In this document: one piece after another, positions 1 through 12,321 of the stretch | Layout of the letters: the number at the start of each line of letters is the position of its first letter | How positions within the stretch are numbered: position 1 is the stretch's first letter | Source: Rhodosorus marinus CCMP1338 | Lineage: Eukaryota > Plantae > Rhodophyta | Assembly: GCA_029953675.1 (NCBI GenBank) | Contig: JAMWBK010000005.1 | Coordinates: 2,666,001-2,730,000 of the forward strand | Direction of reading: 5' to 3' | DNA: 64,000 bases | Translations under genes and position numbers: made by a program | Notes under the pieces: model-generated | Databases searched by the model: none | Told to the model about the DNA's origin: nothing | Seen by the model: the letters and a program-made list of their open reading frames with translations, nothing else

Positions 1-2601
1 GCGCTTCTCGCAGTGTCACCAGAGCAAGTACGCGGATCTCCGGGTTTTCTCCTTCAATGATATATTTTACACACAGCTCCACGGTTGGAATGACCATTGA
101 CTCGGCCGAAGTCTGGGCCATCTCGGAGAGCTCCGACTGCAGCAGTTCAAAAAACGCGGCCAGAACAGGGTCGAAGTTCTCGCCAGGGGAGGCCTCGGAT
201 ATCATCCTGAATACCTTCTCAATCATGTGCCTGGGAAGGTCCCCTACGAACTTGCGACCAAACGACAATCCCCTTGACAACATTCTCAAAATCATGCCAA
301 TCGCGAGTCCATTCGTACCGAGCAGCAGTCGCCCAACGAGCTCACAGGAGGCCTTCACAATCTCGTCGCATCCAGACCATACAGCGTCCCTAGTCTTTCC
401 GTACTCTTTTTCGGCGTTCTCAAAAACCAGCTGCAGACTTTGCACGCCCCGGCTCACAATGATCGTAAGCCTGTCGCTGTCTGGCAGCACACCTGGTTGA
501 AAGCTCAAGGCAGAATACTCGGGCAAGGAGCACAGCAGAAAATTCTTAAAGGCAAGGCCACGCTGCTCCCATTCGGAATCCGAGATTTGGTTTGTGGTCA
601 CGCTCTTTCCGCGATTCGGTATGAGGTACACTTGCATCGCGCAGTTGTTCAGCAAAGCCACTGCCCGATCCGAGTCTATTTGGGCCACACTCCCGGCATC
701 GAGCGGTGGTGACTGGAACAGCAGAGGCCGTATCCTCGTGGTCAGCTGGCTGAGAAACTCTGCAGCGGCAACGGAAGCTGGGCGTTCGGACAGCACATTA
801 CTTCTGCAGTCTTTCAAAGCAAACTCCGCAACGGACTTGGCCATGTCTGAATCGTTCTCCAGGGCACTGATCATGGACGAGATCGTTCGGTACGCTGCAG
901 CACGCAGAGCCGGAGCCTCCCTCAAGCAGTAGACCGCTACCTGCTCGGTAAGAGGTCTAGAGCCCTCCTGAGCCGAGTCACCGAGCAACTGCAGCGCAAC
1001 CTTCCTGTCACGGACGTCGATACTTGAGTTCTTCAAAGCACTGAGCGAAAAATTCAAAGCCGCAGGCCTGATTTCCTCTGGATACAATCGTATCAACTCT
1101 GAAAGCACTTCCAGGCATTTCGAAATGTAGTCTGAACGTTCTGAGGCGATTCTACCACCCTCACCGTCTCCCTGAACAGTCGCCGCGTAGTTGAAGTTCT
1201 TGGGACTGTCTACTGTTTCGTCTTCGTCATCAGACCAGTACTCTAGAGTCTCGAGGACGTTCCCATTGCTCACAAAAAGCGCTTTTTGCAAGCACTCGTT
1301 GGCTAGCTCCATAAGCTGGCTTTTAAGGTGCTGCGCAGCAGTCGTTGCAGCCGTCACCACCTGCTCCGTCCCGGACTCAACAGTTTCTGCCAGTCTGTCA
1401 GCCACGACAATCCAGCATCGCTGTCCGGCTATGAAGATATCGGCACTCTGTGCGGATCTGGTTATCCTGAGAAGCTCGAAAAGACACTGCCCCAGTCTAG
1501 CTTCAAGAGCTGGATCGGTAGCCAACCGAATGATGAGCTTCTCAAGGAGAATCTCCGTCAGACTCAGTGTCAAGAGTTTACTCTTGGTCGATTCTCCAGA
1601 TACTGAGTTCAAAAGCTCTGTCAAATGAGTCAGAGCAGTAGCAGCATCTCCTGTAGTTAGGCTTCTCGTGCTGTAGGATTCCATCAGAGCTGTCAAGCAC
1701 GTGCATGAGGCATCATCCCCATACCTTCTGACGCTCGCAACCTGCGCAATTTTCGAGTATTTCCTTGTTAGCTTTGGGATTGAAAGACACTACCCGCCGA
1801 TACGTTTCTCATCTGTTGAAGCTTGTGACTGTGATGTGAAGTTACCTGTAGAGACCCGACGAATTTTTGGTTGTGGCGATGGGACTTAAGGAACCCGGCT
1901 ATCCCCTCTGCGCACAAGGCGGCAACCCGCACGTCTGTTATTCCGGAACGGTGCAGAGAATGAGCATTCAGTTTCAGGTCAGTCCTAGTCAGATTGGGCT
2001 CTATTGCAGGCTCACCGTTATGGAAAAGTCCAAAGGTAAGTCTGTCAGAAATTTCGGATATTCTGGAGTTCAGAAGCTGCTGGTACAGCGTACGATGCCT
2101 GGACAGTAAATCGCAACTGAGCGGGTTGACAGAATCGTCTACGGCGATGGCAAGTATTTCTGTACCAATTCGTTGATACTTATCATCACCAGAATTGGCC
2201 ATAGAAAGTGTGGACTCAAGAAAATTCATTCCAGATTCGGGGTTGATCGCTAGCTCTGCTTTGCCACATTGAACAATAATGTTACAGAACTTTACGTTCA
2301 CGAATGACGGATACTTCTGCGATACGAGTACGCTGAGCGCGATCCTCCCAATCTGATCCCGTACGGCACCAGGCAAAAGGCGGTATCGCTTTCTAGCGAC
2401 GTCTTCGATCAAGACAGCGCAAAAGAAGCCAAGCTGCGGATCCCCGTCATCGGAGTCGTTGCTGACCACGGACAGCGCAAGACTTATCCCATGGGAGCTG
2501 TTGAGCAGCTCGGAGATATGTCGGTTGAGCTCAGAACGCCTTTGATCATCCAGAACAGACGAGTAGAACTCCCTCAGAACCGCCCGTAGCTCTTCGGCCA
2601 T
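1..2601 (-). CDS. XPO6: Exportin-6-like importin-beta family karyopherin (3' end runs off window; at least 2 introns, near 1936-2011 and 1742-1848)
   Basis: ATG at 2601 (MAEELRAVLREFYSS...). The N-terminus (EFY...RRSELN; KYPSFVNVKFCNIIVQCGK; DLLSRHRTLYQQLL) and a downstream exon (SERSDYISKCLEVLSELIRLYP) resemble exportin-6 as I recall it. The sequence is helical and HEAT-like, with GT-AG introns on the minus strand. Confidence 0.6.
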
Positions 2602-3580
2602 TATCAAAACAACTTAACAACAAATCGCCCAGGAAAAAGAGGCAAACGTTCACATATGTTTATATAACGCGCCTGTTTCACCTGCATGATCGAGAACCAG
2701 GCGCCATGAAAAAGCAAGCATCTATAAAAAAAAGCGCGTCCGTCTCAATCAATCTGTCACATCCCTACATCACGCCTTGTCAATCCATCCTTTCATTCCA
2801 TCTCCAAAAACTAAAAACCAAACGGCAAGGCGCGTCGAACATACACCCTTTTGTTCAGTCCGCAGATTTTCACTTCTCTAAACAAGGAGGATAGATTCTA
2901 GCTCCTTCCAAACCCACCTGCCTTCGTCCAAAAAAAATGGAAAAAAGCCAGCATTAAGCCATCACCACCCAGCCCCCCTTTCCCGAACTCCCTCAAAACC
3001 CTCGAACGACTATCATCGAAACACAAATCAATTCCTGGATAGTCGAAAATTCGCCATCGATTCAGTGTAAGGGACCGTCTAAATTACATCCATAAAACAA
3101 ACCAAAAAATCTAAGACAGTCGAATATTTTTCCAATTGTTTATGAGAAGAGAATGCAATATACCAATCAAGATTCTTATTCTCCTATCACCAAGTATGCT
3201 AACAAACAAAAACTCTTAATGTAAATTAAGTATTTCTATTGGATATTAGTAAGATCTTAAGCTATATAATTGGAGATTGGGTTTTGATTCAAAGGAAAAA
3301 AAAGGGTTATCGGTGGATCGTGACAACTTCTGTCTTTTGGGAGAAAAAATTGACCAGAGTTTGACGTCCTGATGTGAAACGCTTTCTGTGTTTTTAAGCG
3401 AAAAAAGATAAATTTGAATATAGAAGTTGAAAAATGAATGATTTAATTGCGGTTTTAGTGGAAATTCTTCTTCCAGGTTTGATGTGGGACTCTTTCCGAA
3501 GTAATTGAAAGGAAACGCTGAGGTGATGGGTGACCTTCATCGACTTCGAAAGGGCTAAAAAGATAACCGCTGCTTACTCA

Positions 3581-3607
3581 GATAGATAGAGATACAGGGA
3601 GATAGAT

Positions 3608-3641
<34 letters not shown>

Positions 3642-3647
3642 ATAAAA
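3581..3647 (+). promoter_or_regulatory. (GA)n microsatellite immediately followed by a TATA box (TATAAAA at 3641-3647)
   Basis: gatagataga...gagagagagagg tataaaagggg lies about 320 bp upstream of the ATG at 3967, next to an AT-rich island shared with the divergent exportin gene. Confidence 0.55.
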
Positions 3648-3966
3648 GGGGAGGACTTGAGGAGGTTCCTTAGTAGGGAGCAGATTTCCCTAGCTAGGGA
3701 GAGGGAGGAGATTTCGGGTTTAGGCATTAGCTAGACTACCTGGAAATGGATTAGAATTTTTGAATTGTTCTTGGGGAGATCAGGAGTTGGCTTAGGAAGT
3801 ATTTATTTTAGGGTCTTGGTTTTAGGAAGGACATTCTTTTTGTTGGGAGAGGTGATTTTTTCGAAAGGACAGGAGAAATGGAGCTGGTCTTTTCTGGGCG
3901 AACTTGAGAGCCTGTATTTTTGGATTTCGGGGAAGTTTTTTTTTTAGCTTTAACTGAGTTGTAAGG

Positions 3967-6900
3967 ATGTCCGGTAGGAACGTAACGGCCGGGAGCTCCG
4001 AGTCCGGCTCCCGGAAGGGGCTGTTTTTGGGTGCATCTGGGGCAGACTTGGAGGGTCAGCAGCAGACGAGGGGTAGATTCGGATTGGGTAGGAAGAGCGA
4101 TTCAAGAGAGGCGCTCACCGAGCAGCTGAGGGCGGCATTGGTAGAGAATAAGGACTTGAAAGTCCGGCTGAGAACAGACGCGTTGGAGAGAGATCAATTG
4201 GAGGTGAACAAGAAACAGGTTGCCTCAGAAAATGCTAGAATGCGGCAGGAACGGGAGAGGCTTTCCAGGAGCCTGGCCGACTTCCGTAAAAGGTTTGACA
4301 CGATCTCTGACGAAAATTTTGCCCTGCGCAGAAAGGTGCAGGCAGAAACTCAGGTACGATTGCAACCAAATGAACTTTTTGTGCGCCGTCGAGCGGTTTG
4401 CGCAGGTGCCGTCTTCTGCGCACGTATGCCTCAAAATCATGCTCTCTTCTGCATTCTCTATTCTTGGTTGCGCTTTTGAACGCGGTACCTTCAGCATCGA
4501 GCTCGGTTGCAAGAAGACTTGGAGGACCTCCAGAAGAAGCAAGGGCGGCAAGCTGGGTCGAGACCGCAGTCTGAAGAACAAGCCCAGAAAGCCAACCATC
4601 TCTCGAGGCATAAGCTCGATACCTATGAGGTTAAATCCAAGGCTCTGGAGGATCGGTTATCACGAACAGAGAAGACAGTAGATCAATACAAAGCAGAAAT
4701 CGTGACGCTGAAGCAGAAGGTGCTCCTTCAGCAAAAGAGCTCCGCGAAAGAGATCTTGGAGCTTCAGGAGGCTCTTTCCAAGACTGAGGAGGAGAACCAA
4801 AATTTCCAGAACCTAACTAAGCAGGAGGTCGGAAAAGCTGTTACTTTGCAAGCAGAATTGGCAAAGATTTCGAAACGCTCAGATCTATTTGAGGCGAAGT
4901 GCAGAGAGCAAAGTGCTATGCTTGTGAACTCTTCGCAAAAGTACTCTGAACTGTCCGAGAAATACAATGATCTCGATCGGACGAACGCCAAGCTATATGA
5001 AGAGCACAAACTCTTGAAGGCGAGGACGACGGCTGAGATGAGGGAAATAGACACCAAGGCGCAGACCAACTTAGAGACGTCGAGGAGAGAAGTAGAAGAG
5101 CGTCTGGCAGAGGTCGAAAAGATTAAGGCTAAGCGGCAGGAGGGATACGTTCTTCTTCAGAACGAGTACAAGACTCTTGAGAACGAATTGAACGAGTCAA
5201 ATCGGAAAAATGCAGAAACAATTGAGTCTCTACAACGCGAACGGGACGAATACAAACGCAAATACGAAGGAGCAGATATATCCTTCAGTAGTGCGTCCGA
5301 ACTCGAATCAACTCCCTCAACGAAAAGGTCGACTGTGGCTACTACTACAAGCACACCGAACCTTACCTCTGATGGAGATTCCCAGCAACTAGCAGCGATG
5401 GCGGCAGCGTCGAGCAGAGATGTTAAGGCCGCGAAGGCTAAGTTCCACAAAATTTTGAAGAAAATGGAAAAGGAGAAGAATGACGCTCTCGAAGAGTCGA
5501 GCGTTCTCAGGACCGAGATTTCCCTGACCAAGTCAGAATTGCTGAGTAAGGAGACTCAGAGCACATCTCATGCGAAGCAAATAGACAACCTGAGTTCACA
5601 GCTCGAGCAAGCTGAAGAAGAGAGAAGACGCCTAGTGAGACAACTGGAAACTGTCAAAGACAACCTCAGGGCCTTTAAAGTAGAGAAGGCTGCGGCTAGA
5701 GCAGCTTTGGACGCAAAGGAGAGGGACTTAGTCTACACTGTGGCAGAAAGAGATCGGCTGATGAAAGACTATGACGCAATGGCAAAGCAGTGGAAGTCCA
5801 AAAGCGATCTAGAACACTCGCTGGAGAAGGAAGCGGCAGAGTGGAGAATGGTGATATTCCTTTTACATCCAGGCCACAACTGCAAAATGTGGAAGACTCT
5901 TGCTGACTTTTGTGTTTGAAATCTTTCTGTTTCTGCCATGCAATCGATTGTCTGCACACCTGTACCTGGTTTTGCTGCACAGGAGCACGAGAAAGCTGCC
6001 GCTGATCGGGACAACCTGAGTGAAAAGGTTTCTGACTTGGAAGAAACGCTCCTGTCCATGCAGGAGACCAATGAAACGAGCCTTCAACAACTTAGGGAAA
6101 TGGAGCAGGCGTACTCAATGGTTATGGTCAAACACGATGATATGGCTTCAGAGCTTCGCTTGCGAGGGGAGAACTTGGTGGAGCTTCAGGAGGAAGTGAG
6201 AATCGTGCGGGAGGAGTGCAACGCTGAGAAAGAAAAGGGACGGACCTATCGCGAAGAGCTTGACTCGGCCACCCTAGATAGGGATGGGAAGATCGAGGAA
6301 AATGAACGCTTGGGCGACGAGATCGCAAGACTATCGGAAGACGTAGCGAGGGAGACGGGTGTTTCTGGGTCCCTGGCTGAGGAGAAGGAGGCGCTCCTGA
6401 TCCAGTTTGACACGATGAGGCACTCTCTGGAGAGCAAAGTTGAGGAGTTATCTGGTAGCCTCGATGAAGCGAAGAAAGCTCTAGCTGAGCAAAGGATGGT
6501 CGCAGTAGATCTGAATGCGCGGGGGCGCGAACTCGAAGAAGAAAAGCTAGCTCTTTCACAGGAATTCAAGGTGATCTCCGATCAACACGAGGAGCAAAAG
6601 ACCGTGCTGGTTGCCAAGCTTGATGATCTTACTGCTGATTCAGAGCTGAAGATGACAGAGATAAGGAAAGAGCGGGACAGTGCAGCAGTTCAGCTGGAAC
6701 AAAGCAAATCCGAATCATCGCAGAAACTGCAGATTGTTAGCAAGGAACTAGAAGGCCTGAGGGGTCAACTAGCAGGGCTAGCATTGTCTTTGAAACAGCA
6801 GAAGGAAAGTCACGGTGAGGAAATTCAAAACTTGAAATCAAAGCACGAGGAGGAGAAGGCTCAAATGAAGAAAGAACTGGAAGCTTCCACAAGGACGTTC

Positions 6901-9900
6901 GATGAAGAAAAAGTTGCGGTTCTTGGTCAGCTGCGGATGGCGAGCACGGACTTTGAGAGCGAGAAGTCGCAACTCAAAGAGCAGTTACTGCTAGTGACTG
7001 CCGATTTCGAGAAGTCCAAATCGGAATGGAGCTCGTTGGAGATGAACTATGAGCGGCAAACGACACAGCTCAAAGATGCACTGGCAAAGGAGAGCGGCGA
7101 TCACGAGCGTGAGAGAGCGGAGTTTGCAGATAATCTTCATGCGAGTTCTGAACTGGTTGAGAAGGAGAGGGGCGAGTTTGCTGAACAGCTTGCTCAACTT
7201 AAGCAACACCATGAGCACGAGAAGTCGGACCTCAGTCGGCGGCTCCAGGATGTCACCAACCTTTACGAGCAGGAAAAGGAACAGACAGCGAGAAGGATTG
7301 ATGAAGTTACCTTGGACTTAACGGCGAAAACGGTTGAGGCAGAAGAACTGGTGAGAGCAACCGAGGATTTGGGGAGCCAGAACAAGGCGTTGACGGACTC
7401 TTTGGAGCAGACGAGCGCTGAACTGAACCTTGAAATCAACGAGCTTAGAACTGAAGTAGAACGAGTGTCCAAAGAGCGTGAAATGCTTGAGGCTAAGTTG
7501 GAGGAACATAGGCAAGCCATGGAGGTCGCTTCAGAGAAGGTTATTGTGACAACAGCAGGATTAGAAGCACTTAGGACTCAAGCGCAAGACAAGGAGGAAT
7601 CCCTTCTTCTTTCTAATCAAAATCTGGAAAAAGAAAACCGCGGCCTGGTTCAGGATATCGAGGCTTCCAGAGAACGAGAAATTCAGCTGCAGAAATCCCT
7701 GGAGCAAGTTAGCGGAGACCTTGACGTAACCAAGGACAACCTGAAGCAGCAGACCACCGCTTTAACTCTTGAATGTGAGGCGCTTGCAGGTGATAAGATC
7801 GCATTGCAATCCGACCTCGTGAGTCTTGACAATCAAGTCCGTGAACTCGAGGCTGTGTCAGTAGCTCAGCTGAAATCTTCAGAGCTTGAAGCGGATAAAC
7901 TGAACACAGCACTAGCGTCCGCCGAGACAGAGAACACTTCCTTGAAGGAGAAGTTAGTGGAACTTGAGGGGCGCCTCGGCGTGCTCGATAGAGACCTTGT
8001 CCAGGAACGAGAAATTCTCAGGTCTTCCGCCGAAACACATGCATCGTCAATTCGTGAAAAGGAGCAATCTCATCGCGTTGCATCAGAAGAACACGCTACA
8101 GCGCTGGCACTAGTAACGGCGCAAGTCCATGAATACGAGAAAGAACTTCATGACGAAAAAGAGTCTACGAAGTACTTGCAAGAGCAGTTGGGTGTGACGG
8201 AAAAGTCGCTCACTCAGGCGAAAGATGAAGTGTCTATTTTAACAGAAAACTTGAAGCAAGCGGAGCGCAGATCCGCGGAGGAGTTCGAGAAGATGGAAGA
8301 CGCGGCAGCGAAAGGGCAGGCGTTAGAGACCAAACTCCAACAATCACGCGAAGCGAACGCCGAGAAGCAAGCCGAGAATGACAAGCTGAGATCAGAGTTG
8401 CTGCTAATCAGCACAAAATCAACAGAAGGAGATGAGGTGAGAAATTAGTCAGCGAAACGTCTGATTGACTGGGCTGAGAACTAATTGGGGCCTATATCTA
8501 TGCATCTCAGCTTCTGGAGCAGTTGAATCATCGTGTTGCCCAGTCAGAGGAACAGAACGTTAGGTTGAAAGCAAAGATCGACCAACTGGCTATTGAGAGG
8601 GAATCCTCAGAGGAGGAGCAGCGGATGACTGCAATTGAGCGTGATAGGGCCAAAACGCTTGCGGATAAGAAGGATCAGGATATAAAGGAATTGGAACGGC
8701 AAATCGTTGCTCTATCCACTGCAAATCTTTCTCTGGAGGGCGAAGAGGAGAAGATTCGCCTAGAACTGTCCAGTGCGATGGAGAAGATCGCGGCACTCGA
8801 AAAGGAGAGGACTTCAGAAATCTCCGAGAGAGAAGCAATCGAGAAGGGGGCTGAGGTCGACAGAAATGCCCACGCTGACGAGGTTGCAATCTTAAAGGGG
8901 CAGATTGACGAGCTCAATGAGGAACGGAACAGCCTCACACGGGCCGCTGCAGCACGGGATGAGCAAGTTCAGTCTTTGCTACTAGAGAAACAGACTCTGG
9001 AACAGAGGATTGCGAGCCTCAGCTCCGAAATCGAGGATCAGCAGCAATCCGCGGAAGCAGCGTTCAAGAACCTAGAGGCAGCCTCGCAAGCTGCCGCCAA
9101 AACTGCTAATGAGGAGCTTGAGAAGGAGAGGAAGGAGCTGCAGGTGCTTTCTGCACAGCTAGCGGTTTCCGAGGAAGGCGCGGCGAGTGTGGGGGATCAG
9201 CTAGCCAGGGTGCAGGCTGAAGTGAAATCCTCCGCGTTAAGCGTCAAGAAGTTGGAAGATGAGCTATCAGCAGCTCGAGACGAACGGGAAGACGTGCAAG
9301 AAACCCTTAGCCGAGACCTAGCAGAAGCGTCTGAGGAACTCGTCAAAGCGAAAGATCAACTTCGCATGAACATTGAGGACTTGAACAGCGCCAACCAAGC
9401 TGCTACTATAATGCAGACAGAATTGGAAGAGGAGAAGTCTCGGTTCAGGGCAGTATCGGAAGAATTGTCAATCAATAAGCAAAAACTCAGCGAAGTTTCT
9501 CAGCTGCTTCTGATCGCCAAGCAGCAGGGTGAGGGCGACCATGAGGCGTTGACGGAGTTAGAAAACCAACTGAAGAACGTGAGAGAGCAAGTTGCGGTCT
9601 CCAGAAAAGAACTAGAAGAATCTTCGCAGGAGCTTGCACAGTCTCAAGCTCTCTACAATGAGTCTAGTCAGCAGCTATCGGCGTGCAGGGTGGAATTGAA
9701 GACTACTTTGGATGATTTGACGCAGGACAGATCTCAGCTACAGACAGCGGTTATGGAGCTCGAGCAATCGAGAGGAACAGCTGCGGGCCTGTCCGATGAA
9801 CTTGAGCTTTCACAGAAGCAGGTAGAGGACCTTCGAGAAGAGCTGGGAACCTCGGCGGAGCTGCTTAACAAAACAAATGCCGAGATGTCCTCCAGAACAC

Positions 9901-11717
9901 TTCAAGCGACCCAGCTTGCGGAACTTCTAAACGACTCTGAAAAGCAGCTTTCATACGTCTCCGAGGAGCTTGCGGCGACTAAGCTGAAGCTCAGCGAGTT
10001 AGGCGGGGACCTAGAAGAGTCGAGGAAGGAGTCGGAAACTAAGTCAGCAGAGGTAGCAGCTGCGAAACGTGAAACTGGTGACATTGCAGAGGAACTCGCT
10101 GAGAAGGAGACTCAATATACCGCTGCGTTTGAGGAATTGACACTTCTCAAAACCCAACTAGAGAATACGCTCTGTGAATTGCAGAGCGAGAAGCTAGAGC
10201 TTAGTACAACTGCTGAGGAATTGAGCCTGTCGAGGAAGGAAGTGGAGACATTGTCTATCCACTTAGTAGCCTCGAGGAATACAGCAGAAGGGTTGTCTGT
10301 ACAACTTAGTGGGGCTCAGGAAGAGCTGGAAGGTGCTCGAAAGATGCTGGCTGTGAAGGAGGAGGAGTTGGGACTGATGGGATCGGATCTGGAATCCACC
10401 AGGCAGAAAGCGCTCGAAGCAGATCGTGGAGCTTCAGGGCAGCTGAAGAATCTTCAATCTGAGTTGGAGGAATCTCAGACGGAGATCATGCTCCTTACGA
10501 AGGAGCGGGATACGGCCAAACTGAACGCAAGTATTGAGCAGGATACACTGAATGAAGAAATTAAGGAGCTCATGGAAAAGAACGAGGGTATTGAGAAGGT
10601 TGCGGCGGAGCTGAGGACTCAGGTTTCCACTGGAGCGGCGGAGGTACTCACTGTTAAGACCGCTTTGGAAGACATCGAGATGGACAGTAGGCGAAGAATT
10701 GACGAGCTAACCTCCAAGAATAACATCTTAGAAGGGCAGCTCACCGAGGCCAAGAAGACAAGCGAACTTTTGCAGGATACGATGCAGAAAGACTTCAACG
10801 ACCTGGAGGCTAAGTTCGTAGCCCTTGGTGCTGACCTCGAAAATGAAAAGGGGAAAGCACAAGCTCTAGAGCGCGAAAGAGACGTCGAGAAGGAATCCAG
10901 GAGCGTGGAAGCCACTGACTATCAGAAACTCGTGGCTTCTTTGGAGGCACAGATGGCTGATGCCAAGGTCAGCGCGGAGGATGAAAGAATGGAGTTTTTG
11001 CGCACTCGCCAAGATCTGGAAAGCAAATTGAAGGCCTTAGAGGAGAAGGAGAACAATCTAACCGCGGCAAACATGGAGATGCGCGAATCGTTTGAGGCGA
11101 AGGAGAAGGTTCGTGCAGAGCAACGGAGCGCGCTTGAGACGCGATTGAATGAAACGGAGGCTGAAACAGTTTCCCTCCGGACCGAGCTTGACGAGGCGAA
11201 TACAACGATCCGAAACCTGAAACTCGAAACGGAGACTGAAACAGACAAACAGCATAGGGCGTTGGCGAAATCCGAGAAGGAGGTTGCGAGACTTACAAGT
11301 GAGACCGAGGAGTTCCGAAGGGCTGCTGGAAATATGGTTCCGGTGACTGAGATTGAGGTCCTGCAAACCCAGCTTTCGGAATCACAAGCTACCGAGGAAG
11401 TCGTCCGGTCTCAAGTGGCATCTCAGAAACGGGAGATTGAGCGACTTGCTTCCGAAAAGAACTTGCTATCACAGCGGCTGGGCCTAAGCGTGCCTGTAGC
11501 GGAACTCGAGGCTATGAAGCGAACGGCGGAAGCTGCGCTTGCTGAGAAGGAGGAGCTGCTGGAACAAAAGCGCAATCTGTCGCAGGAGATGGATGAAATT
11601 CAGACGGAGCGAAACGAGCTCATCAACGAACTCATTACGACGAAGGTCGACCTTGCCAAGGTTCACGACGACTTTTTGAAACACAAAGGCGAGAAGAAGA
11701 AAAAGAGCAAGAAGTAA
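3967..11717 (+). CDS. Giant coiled-coil protein (~2,467 aa; exons 3967-4353, 4495-5850, 5983-8436, 8511-11717)
   Basis: Four ORFs join in frame through GT...AG introns 4354-4494, 5851-5982 and 8437-8510. Composition is E/K/L/Q-rich heptad throughout, with an S/T-rich break (STPSTKRSTVATTTSTPN) and the C-terminus ELITTKVDLAK...KHKGEKKKKSKK. Confidence 0.85.
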
Positions 11718-12321
11718 GTAGCTTGAGAGCTCTCGAGAACCCCCAAGGTAAATGGCCTCAAAGAACAATGAACGAGAGGCACGAACCTACACGCACTCCG
11801 ACTATGAACATGACGTATTTATTAAAAAGCAGAGCGCAGATCAAAGACAAGCAACCATGTTTTCATTAGGGCCCAAGCACCGATCTCAAAAGCTGAGCCT
11901 ACTTTCTGTCCTTTGTCAAGCTTGCACCTATGCCGTGACAGCTGCTGACCTTCCGACCAGCCGACGACATATCTCCATATGGAAGAAGCCCTTATCCGCT
12001 GAGAACGGTATGCAGGAAACATGGCGGAGATTCTGCGCTTGAAAACAAATGGCGAAGCCGAAAACTTCCGAGTATTCCCTTAGGTCACAACCGATTCGAC
12101 CATTGCTGGTCCGACTCCAGTCAGCGTCCATAGTGCATGTTAAGCTCACCAGTCCTTAGTGACAGAAGAGGGTCTTAGATACGCCTTCGAGACCCAGAAA
12201 GAGCCTTCCTAATCGGTAGAGATGATCTATGGAGCGGAGCTGACACATACGACGAGCTAGCAAGCGGAGTCGAAGATCTAAGGCAGGTTGTCCTTATTTC
12301 AAGAACGGTGCCGGGTCGACT

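Noticed and set aside
57-1628. Plus-strand ORFs of 90-147 aa, and similar antisense ORFs over the coiled-coil, RNR and SUN genes
   Set aside because: Shadow frames opposite well-supported genes, with no motifs.
11752-12240. Short ORFs on both strands between the coiled-coil gene and the GTPase gene
   Set aside because: Under 100 aa, no recognisable motif and no promoter-like island.
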